The translations under genes were made by a program, and so were the position numbers. A stretch of 47,794 nucleotides of DNA, counting the filler, from Streblomastix strix (taxonomy: Eukaryota), in NCBI GenBank assembly GCA_008636045.1. It is 2 parts of 2 records of this genome, joined end to end, with 100 filler letters (N's around TTAATTAATTAA, not from the genome) between each part and the next. Parts side by side here need not be neighbours in the genome. Positions count along the whole stretch, not along the records: positions 23,948 to 47,794 come from SNRW01000256.1; 1 more part is not named here. One strand, given 5' to 3'. The notes under the pieces were generated by a model that searched no databases, was not told the DNA's origin, and worked only from the letters and a program-made list of their open reading frames with translations. Shown here piece by piece: positions 25,105-38,100 of the stretch (its first letter is position 1; each line of letters begins with the position of its first letter).

Positions 25105-26577
25105 ATGGGAAATTCAACATCTACAGTCTCTGCATAAGCTTCTCCAGTTCCAACTGAATATAATGTTGTTAATGGGCTGATTGGCTTAGGTGAATATATT
25201 CTTATGGAGATATTAAGTGGAATGCCAGGTCATCGAGATGTACAACAGTTCGTTGGTATATGTAAGATAACATTTATTCTTAATGAAAATGGTCGATTTG
25301 CATCGATATTGGAGTAATTTAGAAGTATGTAGAATCTAATATTGCAAACTATTTTAATTAAATAACATTATTTATAATGTTTAAATTATTGATTAATGTT
25401 TTTATAATTTTATATTTTATTTCTTCTTTTATATAAATAATATCTCTTATTTTATTACATATGTTAAAAAATAGGATTAATTCCACTTTAGAGTCCAGTC
25501 TTAGAAAAAATCAGCATTGTAGAAGATACATATACTTGCAATGAAATAACAATTTTAAATATTTATTTTAATCCTGTTATCTACAAAGGAATTGTGAAAT
25601 TTGAGATTCTGAACTTAAATGATTTATATGGTAATATTCTTTTTATTATTATTATTAAATATTTAATATTTAAAATTATTAATATTTAATCATTCTTTAT
25701 TTTATTAATATTTAATCATTCTTTATTTTATTTATATTTATTCATCTTATGAAAAAGCTGTCGGAATTTCTGATGAATCTACCCAAAATGATCTAAATGA
25801 AATTCCTTGGATTAAAAGTAATTATATATTATTTTATTTGAAAATTATGATAAACTTATGAAATTTTCTTAATTTTAATTTAATATTAATTCCAATAGAT
25901 TAAAGTTAGATCGCTCAATATACTCGCTTGTATGATTATAATATTTATTTTCTGTATTTTATTTTTATATTCAATTTTTGATTTTCTATATAATATTTTT
26001 ATTCACTTTTTATTTAAGTGGATTTTTAGGCCATTAAAATGGATCAATTGAAGGAAATAATCACTTTAAATATAATGGAGAAAAAATTGCATTGGAGGTT
26101 TGAATTTAAATAATGATTGGTTCTTTTAAATATAAAAAGATGAAATAATGATATTGAAAATAATAATAGAATTAATTTCTATTTAATTATTTTTAAATTT
26201 TGTAATATTTATTTTAGCTGAACATGAACTCTGATCCTCGAACACTCACATTATTTAATAATAATGTCGAGTAACAAAACTACATTAGCAACATTCCTGC
26301 TACCGTGAGATTTTTTGTACGTAAAATAAACATTAATATTATTTCATTTTATACAATCGTTTTATTTTACTTTAATATTCTAACTTAATTTATTAATTTG
26401 TTTATTATTATGTATTTATAGGCAAATCTATTAGAAAAAGATTCATCATTCAAAATCCTCAAATTCGAATATCTATCCGAACCAACTGCAAAACACAAAA
26501 GCTCATTTAAGTGGAATTGGGATAGTGATTGGAAGAAATTAGAAAAACTATAAACAAAAATAAGAATAAGAATATGA
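25105..26577 (+). CDS. Spliced F-box-like + SPRY/B30.2-like protein with N-myristoylation-type start
   Basis: MGNSTS; GLIGLGEYILMEILSGM..DVQQFVGICK; FNPVIYKGIVKFEI; VGISDES; IALE/LNMNSDPRTLTLFNNNVEQQNYISNIPATVRFF. About 6 exons; TGA 26575-26577. Confidence 0.72.
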
Positions 26578-27083
26578 AAATGAAAATGAAATGAATAAGC
26601 ATTATCAAAATTAATTAGAATTTTGAAATAGTTAAATAGCAACAAAGGATGATTATTTATTTACTCTTATTATGCATTAATCCAATTCAGATGTAATTAT
26701 TCTAGCATTATTTTTTCAAAATAAATGAAATTAAATTAAAAATAAAAATTTAATTCTTGATAAAAATTACCTATTAATGGTTTATTTTACCATTCTCAAT
26801 TCTTTACAAAGGAAATTATTGATAAAATAAAAATTAAATTCACTATTAATGTCAACCAAAGTTTTACTTTTCACTATTAAATAATTAATTAGTATTTTAA
26901 TTTTATTCCTCTTTATATCATTCCTAACAATATAATAAACTCAATCAGGATAAAATCAATAAAATGATTATTTAATAAAATAAGTTTATTATTACTTTGA
27001 AGCTAAATATAATCTTTGTTTACTCATTATATAGAAAGCTATATCAGATATTAGTAACTTTACTTCTGTTGAATTCTTTGTGT

Positions 27084-28332
27084 TCACCAATTTATTGCTT
27101 CCTCATCTGGAAGTGTCTGTGTTGTTGCTGCAGGAAGATTCTTGAAAGTGACAATTGTGAATGAAGCACCTTCAGTAAAGATATGACCCTATAAACAAAT
27201 AAATAAAATAATTTCAATTTAATTTATAGATTAATATCAAAATTATACATAGAATCTCACTGGTTCATTGATTCCACGTACAAAGACTGGCTGTTAGACG
27301 CCATCAATGAAGAAATGCAAAGTTCCTTTTCCTTTATCTAATTCCATACCTATCTTCTGTCCACTTGAATATTTGGAATTTTTATTAGTCCAATATCCTT
27401 TATATCTAATTTCTCCATCACTAATATAAATAAATTATTAATTAAATTGTAAAAAGTAATAAATACCATGTATCGAAGAAGATCATATTCTAATCACCTT
27501 TAAAGTAAGATTTGAAAATAAAATGAATATAAAATAAATAAATAATTTTATATAATTTGCAAACTATTAGCCTTGCAGTATCTTGGAATGGTATAAGAAG
27601 CTTTCACAATCCCAGGTCCTATATTTAAACAAATTAAATATATTTTTTAAAAAATAGGTAAAGAAATCTTCAAACCTTAATGAAATCCAGGATATTTATT
27701 CTGATATATGATCTCAAACAAATAAATCCCATCTGTAATTACTGGATCAATTTCAATCGCACAATCACCTGTTTTATTCAATTTTACTTTCCTGAGAATT
27801 CCATCAACTTATTCAAATGTCACAGTTTCTGGATCTGGATTCTTCATCACAAACTGAATATCTAAATTAAAAATAATAAAAATAAATATATAAATAAATA
27901 TATAAATAAATTATTAATAATTATTTTTATACTTAATGAATTGATTACTTAAATGAATCTGGAATGATTCATCAGTTTAAAAGTTTTTTTGTCAACACTA
28001 AGAAATTGAGCTGCATCAGTAATATATTACATCTCTTGTAGTATCAATAGTAATATATCTGGACCAACTCCAGTTAATCCTCCAAACACATTGTATTCGT
28101 TCGGAATAACTATTAAAACAAATTATTTCAAATTAGAAATAATTAATAAATAAAGAAATTAATAATAAATCAAAAATGATAATTGTATATAAATACTTTG
28201 AGGATATTCAACTTTAATTTTCTCAATTTCATTTTTCAATTTCGTATTTTCTGCATTTAATGCGTTGAATACTTAATCTTTATCTCGGTTCGACTCTTCC
28301 AATGATTGAATCTTTATATTAGACTCTTCCAT
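27084..28332 (-). CDS. Spliced coiled-coil + F-box-like + SPRY-like protein (paralogue)
   Basis: EYNVFGGLTGVGPDILLLILQEM..DAAQFLSVDKK; GIVKASYTIP; IGMELDKGKGTLHFFIDGVQQPVFVRGINEPVRFY; ends INW-TGA 27084-27086. Confidence 0.72.
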
Positions 28333-31139
28333 CTAAATGAAGCAAAGAGATAAAATTAAATTAAAGTTAAATCTTTAAAAAATTAAGAATTAAATGATAA
28401 GAAAATAAAAAATGTTTTATTAATAATAAACGAATAAAACATATTTAAGAATAAGTTTTATGAATAATAAATAAATATAAAATTGGTATTATAAATTAAA
28501 AATATTAAAAAAATATTAAAAATATGCAAATAAACATGGATAAGAGAGTTATTTTCAGTTTACGATATGAAATAAATTCATGTATATAAATTTAAATATG
28601 CTCTAAAAACTTTAAAGTTTGATGTTGAATATTTGCGCAGGAAACGCAAAACCTTTCGAGAGAAAAAAACATTTTGACTGAAAACAAATTGATATTTAAA
28701 CTGTATAATAATACAAAAATGTTGATGTAGTTATTTTTTCAGTTATAATTTATTATTATTATTAACTAATTCTTTGTACAACATGAAATTCTGTTTATTT
28801 AATAGAAAATAAGGTGATTGGTAAAGTCTAGCATATGGAGTTGGAATATGAAAAGTCCTACTCCAAATAATTTTTAATTTCATATATGTAAATATATCTA
28901 TTAAGACATCTAAAAATATATTCAAAAAATTCATCAAAATATCTATATCAAACTTCTATCTTCTTACTAATATAATAAAAGAATTTTACTAAAAAATAAA
29001 ATTATATCAATTGTAAATTATGAAATAAAAAAATTTTCAAATAATATCACAAATTAATAATTCATTAGTGTAAAAGAATTTGATGAATTAATTTTAATTT
29101 GTCTAAACAACGGTGTTGAGCAAATGTTATAAAAATTTTTCTTCTTTTATAATGGTTCGGTTAAGAATAAAATTTTAATAAATATTTGAGTATTATTAAT
29201 ATTAATACATTATATTTTGATTTCTAAAATAAGTAATGATTTAAGTAATTTTCATAAATATTTCTATGGCATTACTGCGGCTTTTAAAACTTTAGCCTCG
29301 TTATTTAGGCATTTGCAGCAACTTTATATTTGTGAACCTCATATTATTATAATTCATACAATTTTATTTTAAAATAAATTATTATTCATGCGATTATGGT
29401 ATAGACATGCACATTTATAGAAATAATTAACTAAAATTAAAAAAACTTAGTTTGGAATTTATTGTTGCGATGGGAAAATAGATTTACTTTTAATAGAAAC
29501 AAAATTTTTTAAAGGTTACATTTTTAATTTCAATGAATTACATAAAAATAATATAGATAATAAAAATTTAAATTAGAAATGAGAAATTTAATAATCAATT
29601 CAAAATTGAGCAAGTAAAGTTTATAAATTTTAAATTTCATAATATAATTTCAAATAGTTATTTAAGTTAAAGAAATTTTTGCAACATACAGAAAATTAAA
29701 AAAAAACTGGCGAGAAACACAGTTTTCCTAGAATTGTGCAAGATTAGCAGGACGCTGCATGAAGAAAATGAAAAGGATATTTTTTATTTGAATTAATTCC
29801 GAATAAAGTTAAATAATGAATTAATAAAAGATTTTGCTAAAATTATTTTATTATAATTAAAAATAATTTGAAATATGTTATTTTCATTTAACTACAATAA
29901 ATAGAAATTTTGAACTATTCATTGAAAAATTTTCTTAAAAACTGCATCTCTTGCTTAGTGGTATATATACCTTACGTAGTCCAAATTCGGAAATTTTAAC
30001 CTTATTTGCTTCTGCATATTTCAACGTTTTATATGCGTCCTTAAGTGACAAAAAAATCAATAAACTTATTTTTTAATACTTTCGCATAGTGTGAAATTAG
30101 GCCAAATAAAGAGAAATATTCTTCTATATCTTTTTTTTTATATTTGTTCGGAATATGAGTAATAAATTTAGATTTGGACTATTAAATACAAATATATTTT
30201 AAGAAAATAAAAAAATTTTAATTAAAAAACATTAAAATTATTGAAAAAATTTAAATATAATAAAAAATTTGACAGAAATTTATTAAATCAAACTTTACGA
30301 ATTAAAACGAAAAAACAATTAAAAAATAGAGAAGTAACGATTCTATTTAAAAAACATATGTTTTAAAACAACATTTATATTAACATTTTGAATGGATATT
30401 AACCTATTAACTTTTAATATTTCTTAATATTCGGATGAATTTTAAACAATTTTAAAAGATTTTCAATTCAAAAATTAATTAATTGAATTTATTAGTTAAA
30501 TATTTTTAATTTTTAATAAAAAATAGTTTAAGATATTATTTTTATTAAATTAAATTAAAAAAAAAGTAATTTAATTCAAATTAAAATTTGAATCATAATA
30601 TTAATTGATTTATTCAATTAGATATTATTTTTTAAAATATAATTGAATTATTTGATAAAAAAATGCAAATAATATCTGATAATTTAAATCAAGGATAATT
30701 CGCAGTAGATTTTATTAGTAGTTTCCTTAAAATATCATAATTTTTTTAAATTTTTTTCCTTAAATAATATCAATAAATTTGAAATAACAAATAAATATAA
30801 TTTGTGCTGAACATTTTTTTCAAAAAAATCGTTAATATTATGTTAAAAAAAATAAATTATATAAAAATTATTTACATTTATAAATTTAATTAATAACAAA
30901 TTTTCTATTTTATTCTATCTTATTTATATATAAAAATATTAATATTTTAATTATTATAAAAAATTGATTGATAAAAATTTCTTCATAACTTAATTAATTT
31001 CAATTTAAAGAAAATTTAATTTAAAACTAATTATATATAAAATTTATAAGATTATTATTGTATTATTTCAAAAAATTTTGATAAGACTCTGAAATTTGAA
31101 TAATTATAATGAGTCACTACTTGAATTTAATCTCTCTCA

Positions 31140-31960
31140 AAGATAAGCAATGAAAAAATCCGACAAATTATAGTTGTAATTCAAGCTTTTTAACAAAATT
31201 CTTGCTAAATTTATTTATTTGTTCAGGCATATCGTGCAATCATATTGCATGCTCTTTTTTTGAACTTATAGCTTCGATAATCTCGTCTCATCCCCACCTA
31301 TGATCCATCTGCGAAATAACTTTATCCTCTAATTCATTTATATCCAGAATATTAGAAATGCAGCTTTGATACTGTAACTCAAAATTTAAGAAAAAAAAAA
31401 TAAGCATAAAATTTTAATTGAGATAATTTAAATTTTGAATATAAAAATAATCAATACCATCCTACAGAATTAATCAATTTAAAACTAATTGTACCCATAA
31501 ATAATATATTATTATTCATGTTTTTATTTGATTTTATTGGGCCAATTATTATCTGTAATTATTTACGAATTGATATTAAAGATTCTAATTTATCAAATTT
31601 TTTAACTAATTGAAGGCTATTGAGCACATATTTGGAGATAAATGCCACTATCTGGCCCCTAAAAACATTTGTTAGCATTACATCATTTGGAATATATACA
31701 GGGAAAGGAAAAATTCCTAGGTCGAAGTGCCTTGTTAGATCATTTAATGTAAATTTAAATTTCAGCTAATCTTCATTGAATGAAAATTAGTATACCCACT
31801 TTAAGTTATCAGAAAACATAATCATATCATATATTCATCCACGAAAAAGACATTCATCCATATTACATGCACAAAGTAAACATGATCGTTGTAAAATTTA
31901 TAAACGTATATGCTATTTGGCATCCTCAAAAAATAAAGAGATGAGTCTATAATGCATTGC
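31140..31960 (-). pseudogene. Possible degenerate coding remnant, unknown
   Basis: Protein-like stretch WVYQFSFNEDQLKFKFTLNDLTRHFDLGIFPFPVYIP, with several in-frame TGAs nearby. Confidence 0.25.
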
Positions 31961-32134
31961 TGAGATAAAAATAAATGAACTTTTGAATGATTCTTTTTTA
32001 TTTTTATGTTAAAATTTAATCATTTTTTAATAATTAAATTAAAAATTTAATTAAAGTTAATTATACATGAAAATACAAACTAATTACTATAAGCTGACAA
32101 ATAGCAAATTATAACAAAATAAATATAATGAAGC

Positions 32135-35100
32135 TCATTCTTATAAATAGAAAACTTCAATGGGGCAAGAATTTGTCCAAATAAATCCTACCATTTTAAA
32201 GAGATCTTAACCCTTTACACTAAATTCAACAAGATAATCACCATCTTTTGGTAGACGACTTTATGAGCAAGGAAAACAAGCTATTACCTTATCATTTTTG
32301 GATGTAGAAACGATTTATTCAGTCTAGCATTTTTCATCATTTTTAAATATTATATCTTTACCCATTATATTCATTTAATCCATTTTCAGTTTATCAAGCA
32401 TTATTTTTATATCTTATGGATTTTATAAGTTTTCGCTGATTTTTATAACTCTGAATTATGGTTACCTATCAAATTTTCTTGATGTTCTTGCAAATGTTAA
32501 TATTTGAAGGAAAATATTGGTGGGTTATTCTGTTCTAATAATGGCAAATCGATATTTAACTTTTGAAGAAATATGAATTGGAGAATCAAACGATCTACTA
32601 AATGAATCTTCCCATACTGCTTCATATTTCATCTCTAATTGAGGTGCTGGAATTTTCTCTATTTAAGTTTCATAGCCGTTTGGTGGGTTAAATGATATTG
32701 TGAAAGAATCTCGACAGTTGATGTGGTCGAATTCAATTTGTGGTGATATACGAATAATATGTTTGCAGACATCAATTATATTGTTTTCTTATGACTTTTT
32801 AAATTCGACTTTAATATTCTATTAATTGGTATTTGGTATATTTGAATATAATGAATTTTCAATATTTCTTTCAATCAATTTAATAATTTGCGCCCATCTT
32901 TTCCCAGGATTAATTTTTATAGAATAACAAATTTATTCTTTTGCAATTGGATTTGCAAGTATGTTTCCTTTCAATCCTCCTTCAAATTTCATTTTAATTA
33001 GAACTTAACTTCCGTATTCTTATTGATATCTTTTTGGATTAAAAATAATATCATATTAAGGCCCAAATACTTAATGTGAATTAATATAATACATAAAAGC
33101 TTTATCCTCATTTCCAAACAATTATATCAAATCTTTTTTACTTAAAATTTCTCCAGATTTACTTGTCGGTTCTGATTTCGAATGCAAAAGTGATTTACTA
33201 TTTTCAGTTAATAATTTCTCAGCTTTTCTCAGATTCTGAATCATGGGCATTCGAGTAAAACTATCTCTGATCCACCTTTAATATGGATCAATAATTGGAA
33301 AAATTGAAGTTTTTGGGACTTTAGGTGGAGCGTAATTCGTATCAAGACTCAGAAGCTCAACTGGTTATTTATCAGTCCAAACAAAAGCCCAAAAATTCAT
33401 CTCGCTATTTTTGGGTAATTTAATGTCAAATAAATAATCTCCACCACACGGAAGTGTACAAGCGCCGTATCTCCAAACTAACGAGATCTGTTTCCAGTCA
33501 AAGAAATCTTGGTCAGTTTCTTCATCAATATGTGTGTTATCTACAAACATAAATATTTTATCATTTTGATCATCGTCACTTTCTTCTAAATATTAGTTTA
33601 ATTTCTTTTTCTATTCTGCTTCTTTCTATTTTTTCTCTTTCTCTTCTTATATTTTCTTTAATTTTATTGCTCGAATAGTATTTCTTTCGTTTTCATTCTT
33701 TTTGATTCTTTTTATTTTATATGAAGTTGGTTATACCTTTGAATTTTTACTGTCAATACTCCAAGCCAATTCATCAGTAACATCTTATTGGTTATTAGTC
33801 ATTGATTAAATCTTAGCAGCAGCAGATTCATTTATTGTCTTTCTTTCATCAGATCCATAATCTTTACAATCATGACCAATAAAATGCAGTTTGAATTGAG
33901 GATTAAAAGGCTACTTCGTATCTGTTTCTTATGATGCTATAAATAATATGAATATATCAGTACTTTGAGGTACACGCATGATTTCATATTTATGTCTAAA
34001 TTTATTTTCTTTATCTGGTAATTCCTAATCATTATGAATTGAATCAGTCCAACTTAGCTCATATTTCATCATTTGCCAAGGAGAAATCAATTCTTCTTCC
34101 TAACATCTATATCCAACTGGAGGAATATACGTTAATTTATATTCATCTCTCGATTCCCAATTTCGAATATCTGTAAATGGTGATACTAAAATTGTATATG
34201 CTTTCTCAACTTAAAAAACCGAATTCAAAATACCATCATTTGAATCTGATGATGTATTTTATTCATCGATATTATCCTTCTTCTATTAGCTTAAAGGAAT
34301 TCTTACGCTTGTACTCCATTATTTAACTTTTTAGCGCTTTTCAGGAAGTTAATATAACCTTTCAAAGAAAATTTTATTTTCTGGAATTTTTTCAATATTT
34401 CCACTATTAACAATATGCGGAATTTCATTATCTAACACTTTATAGTTTATATATGCTTCCACTGGACACTTCTCATCTCCAATGGGTCTTTTTGACCATG
34501 CACCATATACAACAAGTTCAGTCCCAAATTAATTTGACCAGGAATTCGGTGTCAGTCTGAAAATGTGGTGTGGAGCAAACAGTGATTGAGTCGCGTGCTA
34601 AAATATCTCCAGCAATGCTTCATCTTTATTTCCTTAGCTATCTAGGAAGTATTCATGTAACTTTTACTTGGTAACTGTTGGGCTGTTTGGATTTATCTCG
34701 CATGATTTCCTTATAATCAAATCGGTATCAATATATTGAGCATACTATTCGCTCCCAATTTTCACACTCTCGGTTTTATCAACTTAGCAATTCATCATTG
34801 GTTTTTTAGGCCAGGATGATAGAATTGTTTTCTCTTAGGCGAAATGAACAGGAATTCGCTTTGCGCATTGCAATGGTTCATTCGAATATACATAGATGGA
34901 GAATCTGAGCTCTCCAGTAGTAGATTTAGGTATGTTTTCCATCTGCAAAATGGCTGTAAAATATCCAACATAGTCAGTAAATTCTTCTTACATTTTCTAA
35001 TCATTTAACTTATTCTCTTTTGGAGCATCATGAATATCGTCTTTATCTCTAATTCCAATATTCAGTACTCTGAGATGAGACGAATTGAAGTTAGTTGGAA

Positions 35101-38100
35101 TGATTTAAGAATCATTTGAATAAATTCTTGGAATTGTCGGTTCATAATTCGTCTCTCCAATAGCGCTGATTATTTCAATTCCTGAATCTGTTCGCACTTT
35201 TATTTGTTTTTTATGCTTTATAAGAAACATTGTATAACTAATTACTTCTTCTTTTTAATTATTATCATCTTTTGATTGTTTGTATGTGGTGGCGTCTTTT
35301 GAGATAGGAACTGAGCTTTAATAATGTCTGTTGATCACAATCTTTATCATTTATGTCTTAGATTGACGTTTAAATAGGAATTATGGCGCATATCGAATAT
35401 TCATATCCTTATCTTTAATCATATATGCCTTATACTGCCATGTGAAGTGAAACTCAGTTTAATGTGGAAACAACGACGGATTCCAACAAAGCTGACCAGA
35501 TGTGAAATATTTCTTTGCATTATCCACATCCATCCAAAATAAACCATCTTTCTGTGCTTCTTATTCGGAAGCAACCGGCTTAAATCCAGTTGCTTATTGC
35601 AGTTCTGATGTCCAACCATCCAAATCCCACTTTGACAAGTTTCCTTTCCATATTTTTTCTCTTTTCGGATTCCGAATTAGAAGTAATTTCTTCTCACCTA
35701 CTTTGACTACTCTTAGCAAAGCATACGTATTGAAAAGATCAAGACCGAAATTTTCTTCATCTGATTTGGAAAAAGCTCTGGCAGGGATTGAAATAAGTAC
35801 TATAATTTCATTCCTTTCAAATCTTCTCTCCAATTTCTCGAACTCTTTATCGTTCTAAAATATTGATTATAAACTAAATTATTAATCTACAATCCATCCT
35901 GAAAGAGCAAAAATTGCGTCAGGCCCACTAATCAATCTCGAGTCATATCCATCACCAACAACATTCAAATACGCTTTTTCAATCAAAGATACCCAAAGTT
36001 CACCTTAATTTACACTGTGAGCAACAGCTATAGTTCTCGGTTTAAAGTTCTGATTCTAACCGACTATCAATGGCAAACAAGGCAATAAATCATCAATTTC
36101 AGAGAATCTCCACGCACCATTTACGTGTAGATGAAGTTAATATCTTCCATTTGGGTTATATAATGCATTTCTATTTTCATCTTATGGAAACAGTTTGTTT
36201 TTGATCAGTGGTTTTCCAATTCTTTCTTCCATATAGCGCATAGAAATCATAGCAGAAATGAATTGACTGTCTCCAATCATTCCTTATTATACACAATTCC
36301 AGTCTCCATTCGCAAAAATAGCAAACTTTGATTGATCTAAATTAAACATTTCTTATGGGCGAAGGAGCTGTATTTTCTTCTCTTTAGTTAATGAAGTGCA
36401 GTGAAATGGTTATTTTGTGATGAATAAAGGATTCCTTGATTGATTAACTTTCAGATTATTTGGCGATTCCCAATCAGGAAAATCTTTACTGTGGAAATTT
36501 GTTGATTCATCGATCACATGCACAGCTTCCTCTTCAAAATTTTTGGTTTCTGCTTAGACTTGAGGTTAAATCTGGTCTTTTGAGCAGCAGTTCCAGACAT
36601 TCCCAACAACTGGCATGTAACTTATTATTGATAGGGATGAACTTGAATATTGGAGTGAAGACGGAGAAGATGGACGTTTGACCTGCTGTGTTTCATCCTC
36701 GAAGAAAACATCCTGATTTATGAATGAGAAATTTATAATAATAATAATAAATTTTCTTATATATGAATATAAATAATTATATGATATATGAATATATAAA
36801 ATTCATACTCTAATAGAACCATATTATATGTTTATTGCATTGTACTGAAATGAAGTCATCTTTTTTCTATAGAATAAAAGAATGAAATAATAAATAAATA
36901 AATAAAGAAGTAAATTAGATTAATATGAATTCATACTTTATTCCTCTAGAATGAACATTATTATCTGGAAAATATGAATAATATTTGTATTCCTGAATTG
37001 GAGATGTATCGTAAATCTAATCATCGTCCTAATCATCATTTTCCTGATAATGTTATGTTCTCAATGTATTAAACAGCTCATGAACTTCAGACTCGTTATA
37101 ACAAGGATGTCTAAATAAATATATTATGAATAGTTAAATAATGAATATTATATAATTTAGGGAAATCAATTTTTAGTGTAAATAAAATATTGTAATACTT
37201 GTCTATGAAGTTCATAATAATACTTTCGTATTCGGCAAATTATTATCCAAATGTTTCATCTCTTGGTTTCTAAACAATTGCATATTATAATCATTCAAAA
37301 AATAAATGAAAAATTATTTAAACATTAATATTTACTTTTTATAAAAACCTTCTTTGGTATATGCAGTTTGTTGAATAAGCTTTTAGGTTTGATATCATAA
37401 ATAAAGCTCATAACACTAAATATATATTAAAATATATCCAAAACAAGAAAATAAATCAATAATTATTTCTAAATATGAATTTTCAATAAATATTAATATT
37501 TATAAACCTGATTATGAAAATTATTGAATAAATAACAGAAAACACAATTCCATTTATGTAGTATTGTTTTACTCTATTTTACTCTGGGATGTTAAGAATG
37601 ATGAAGAAATATGATATGATTGTTATAATGCAGTGAAGATGAAATGCATTCTGAAAATAAAAATTTATATAAATAAGAAAATAAAAATTTTTACAAATAA
37701 GAAAATAAAAATTTATAAAAATTAAAATAAAAATTAATATTATTTAATATTAAATAAATTAATTCATACTTCAAGATAAACAATTGTTGAACTAATAATT
37801 TCCCTTGAATATTGAATTGGAGCTTTGTAAAATCTAATTAACATATAATGATAATATAAATTTAAAAAATTGTTTTTATTTACAATTATTAATATTTCAA
37901 TTTATTCATAAAAGACCTTAATATATTATGTTTATCAATCCAGAACATTGCAATAAAGTAAATTGCAGTTATTGGAATTACTATTGGCATAAATGGAGAA
38001 ATCATTAAGCCTTGAAACACAAATATGTAAGTTGGTATATGTAAATTAATTATAATTATGAATATTTATAGAATAAAATAATAAATATAAATACTAATTG

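Noticed and set aside
28340..31100. Long extremely AT-rich tract
   Set aside because: No ORF, periodicity or RNA-gene signature seen; treated as intergenic.
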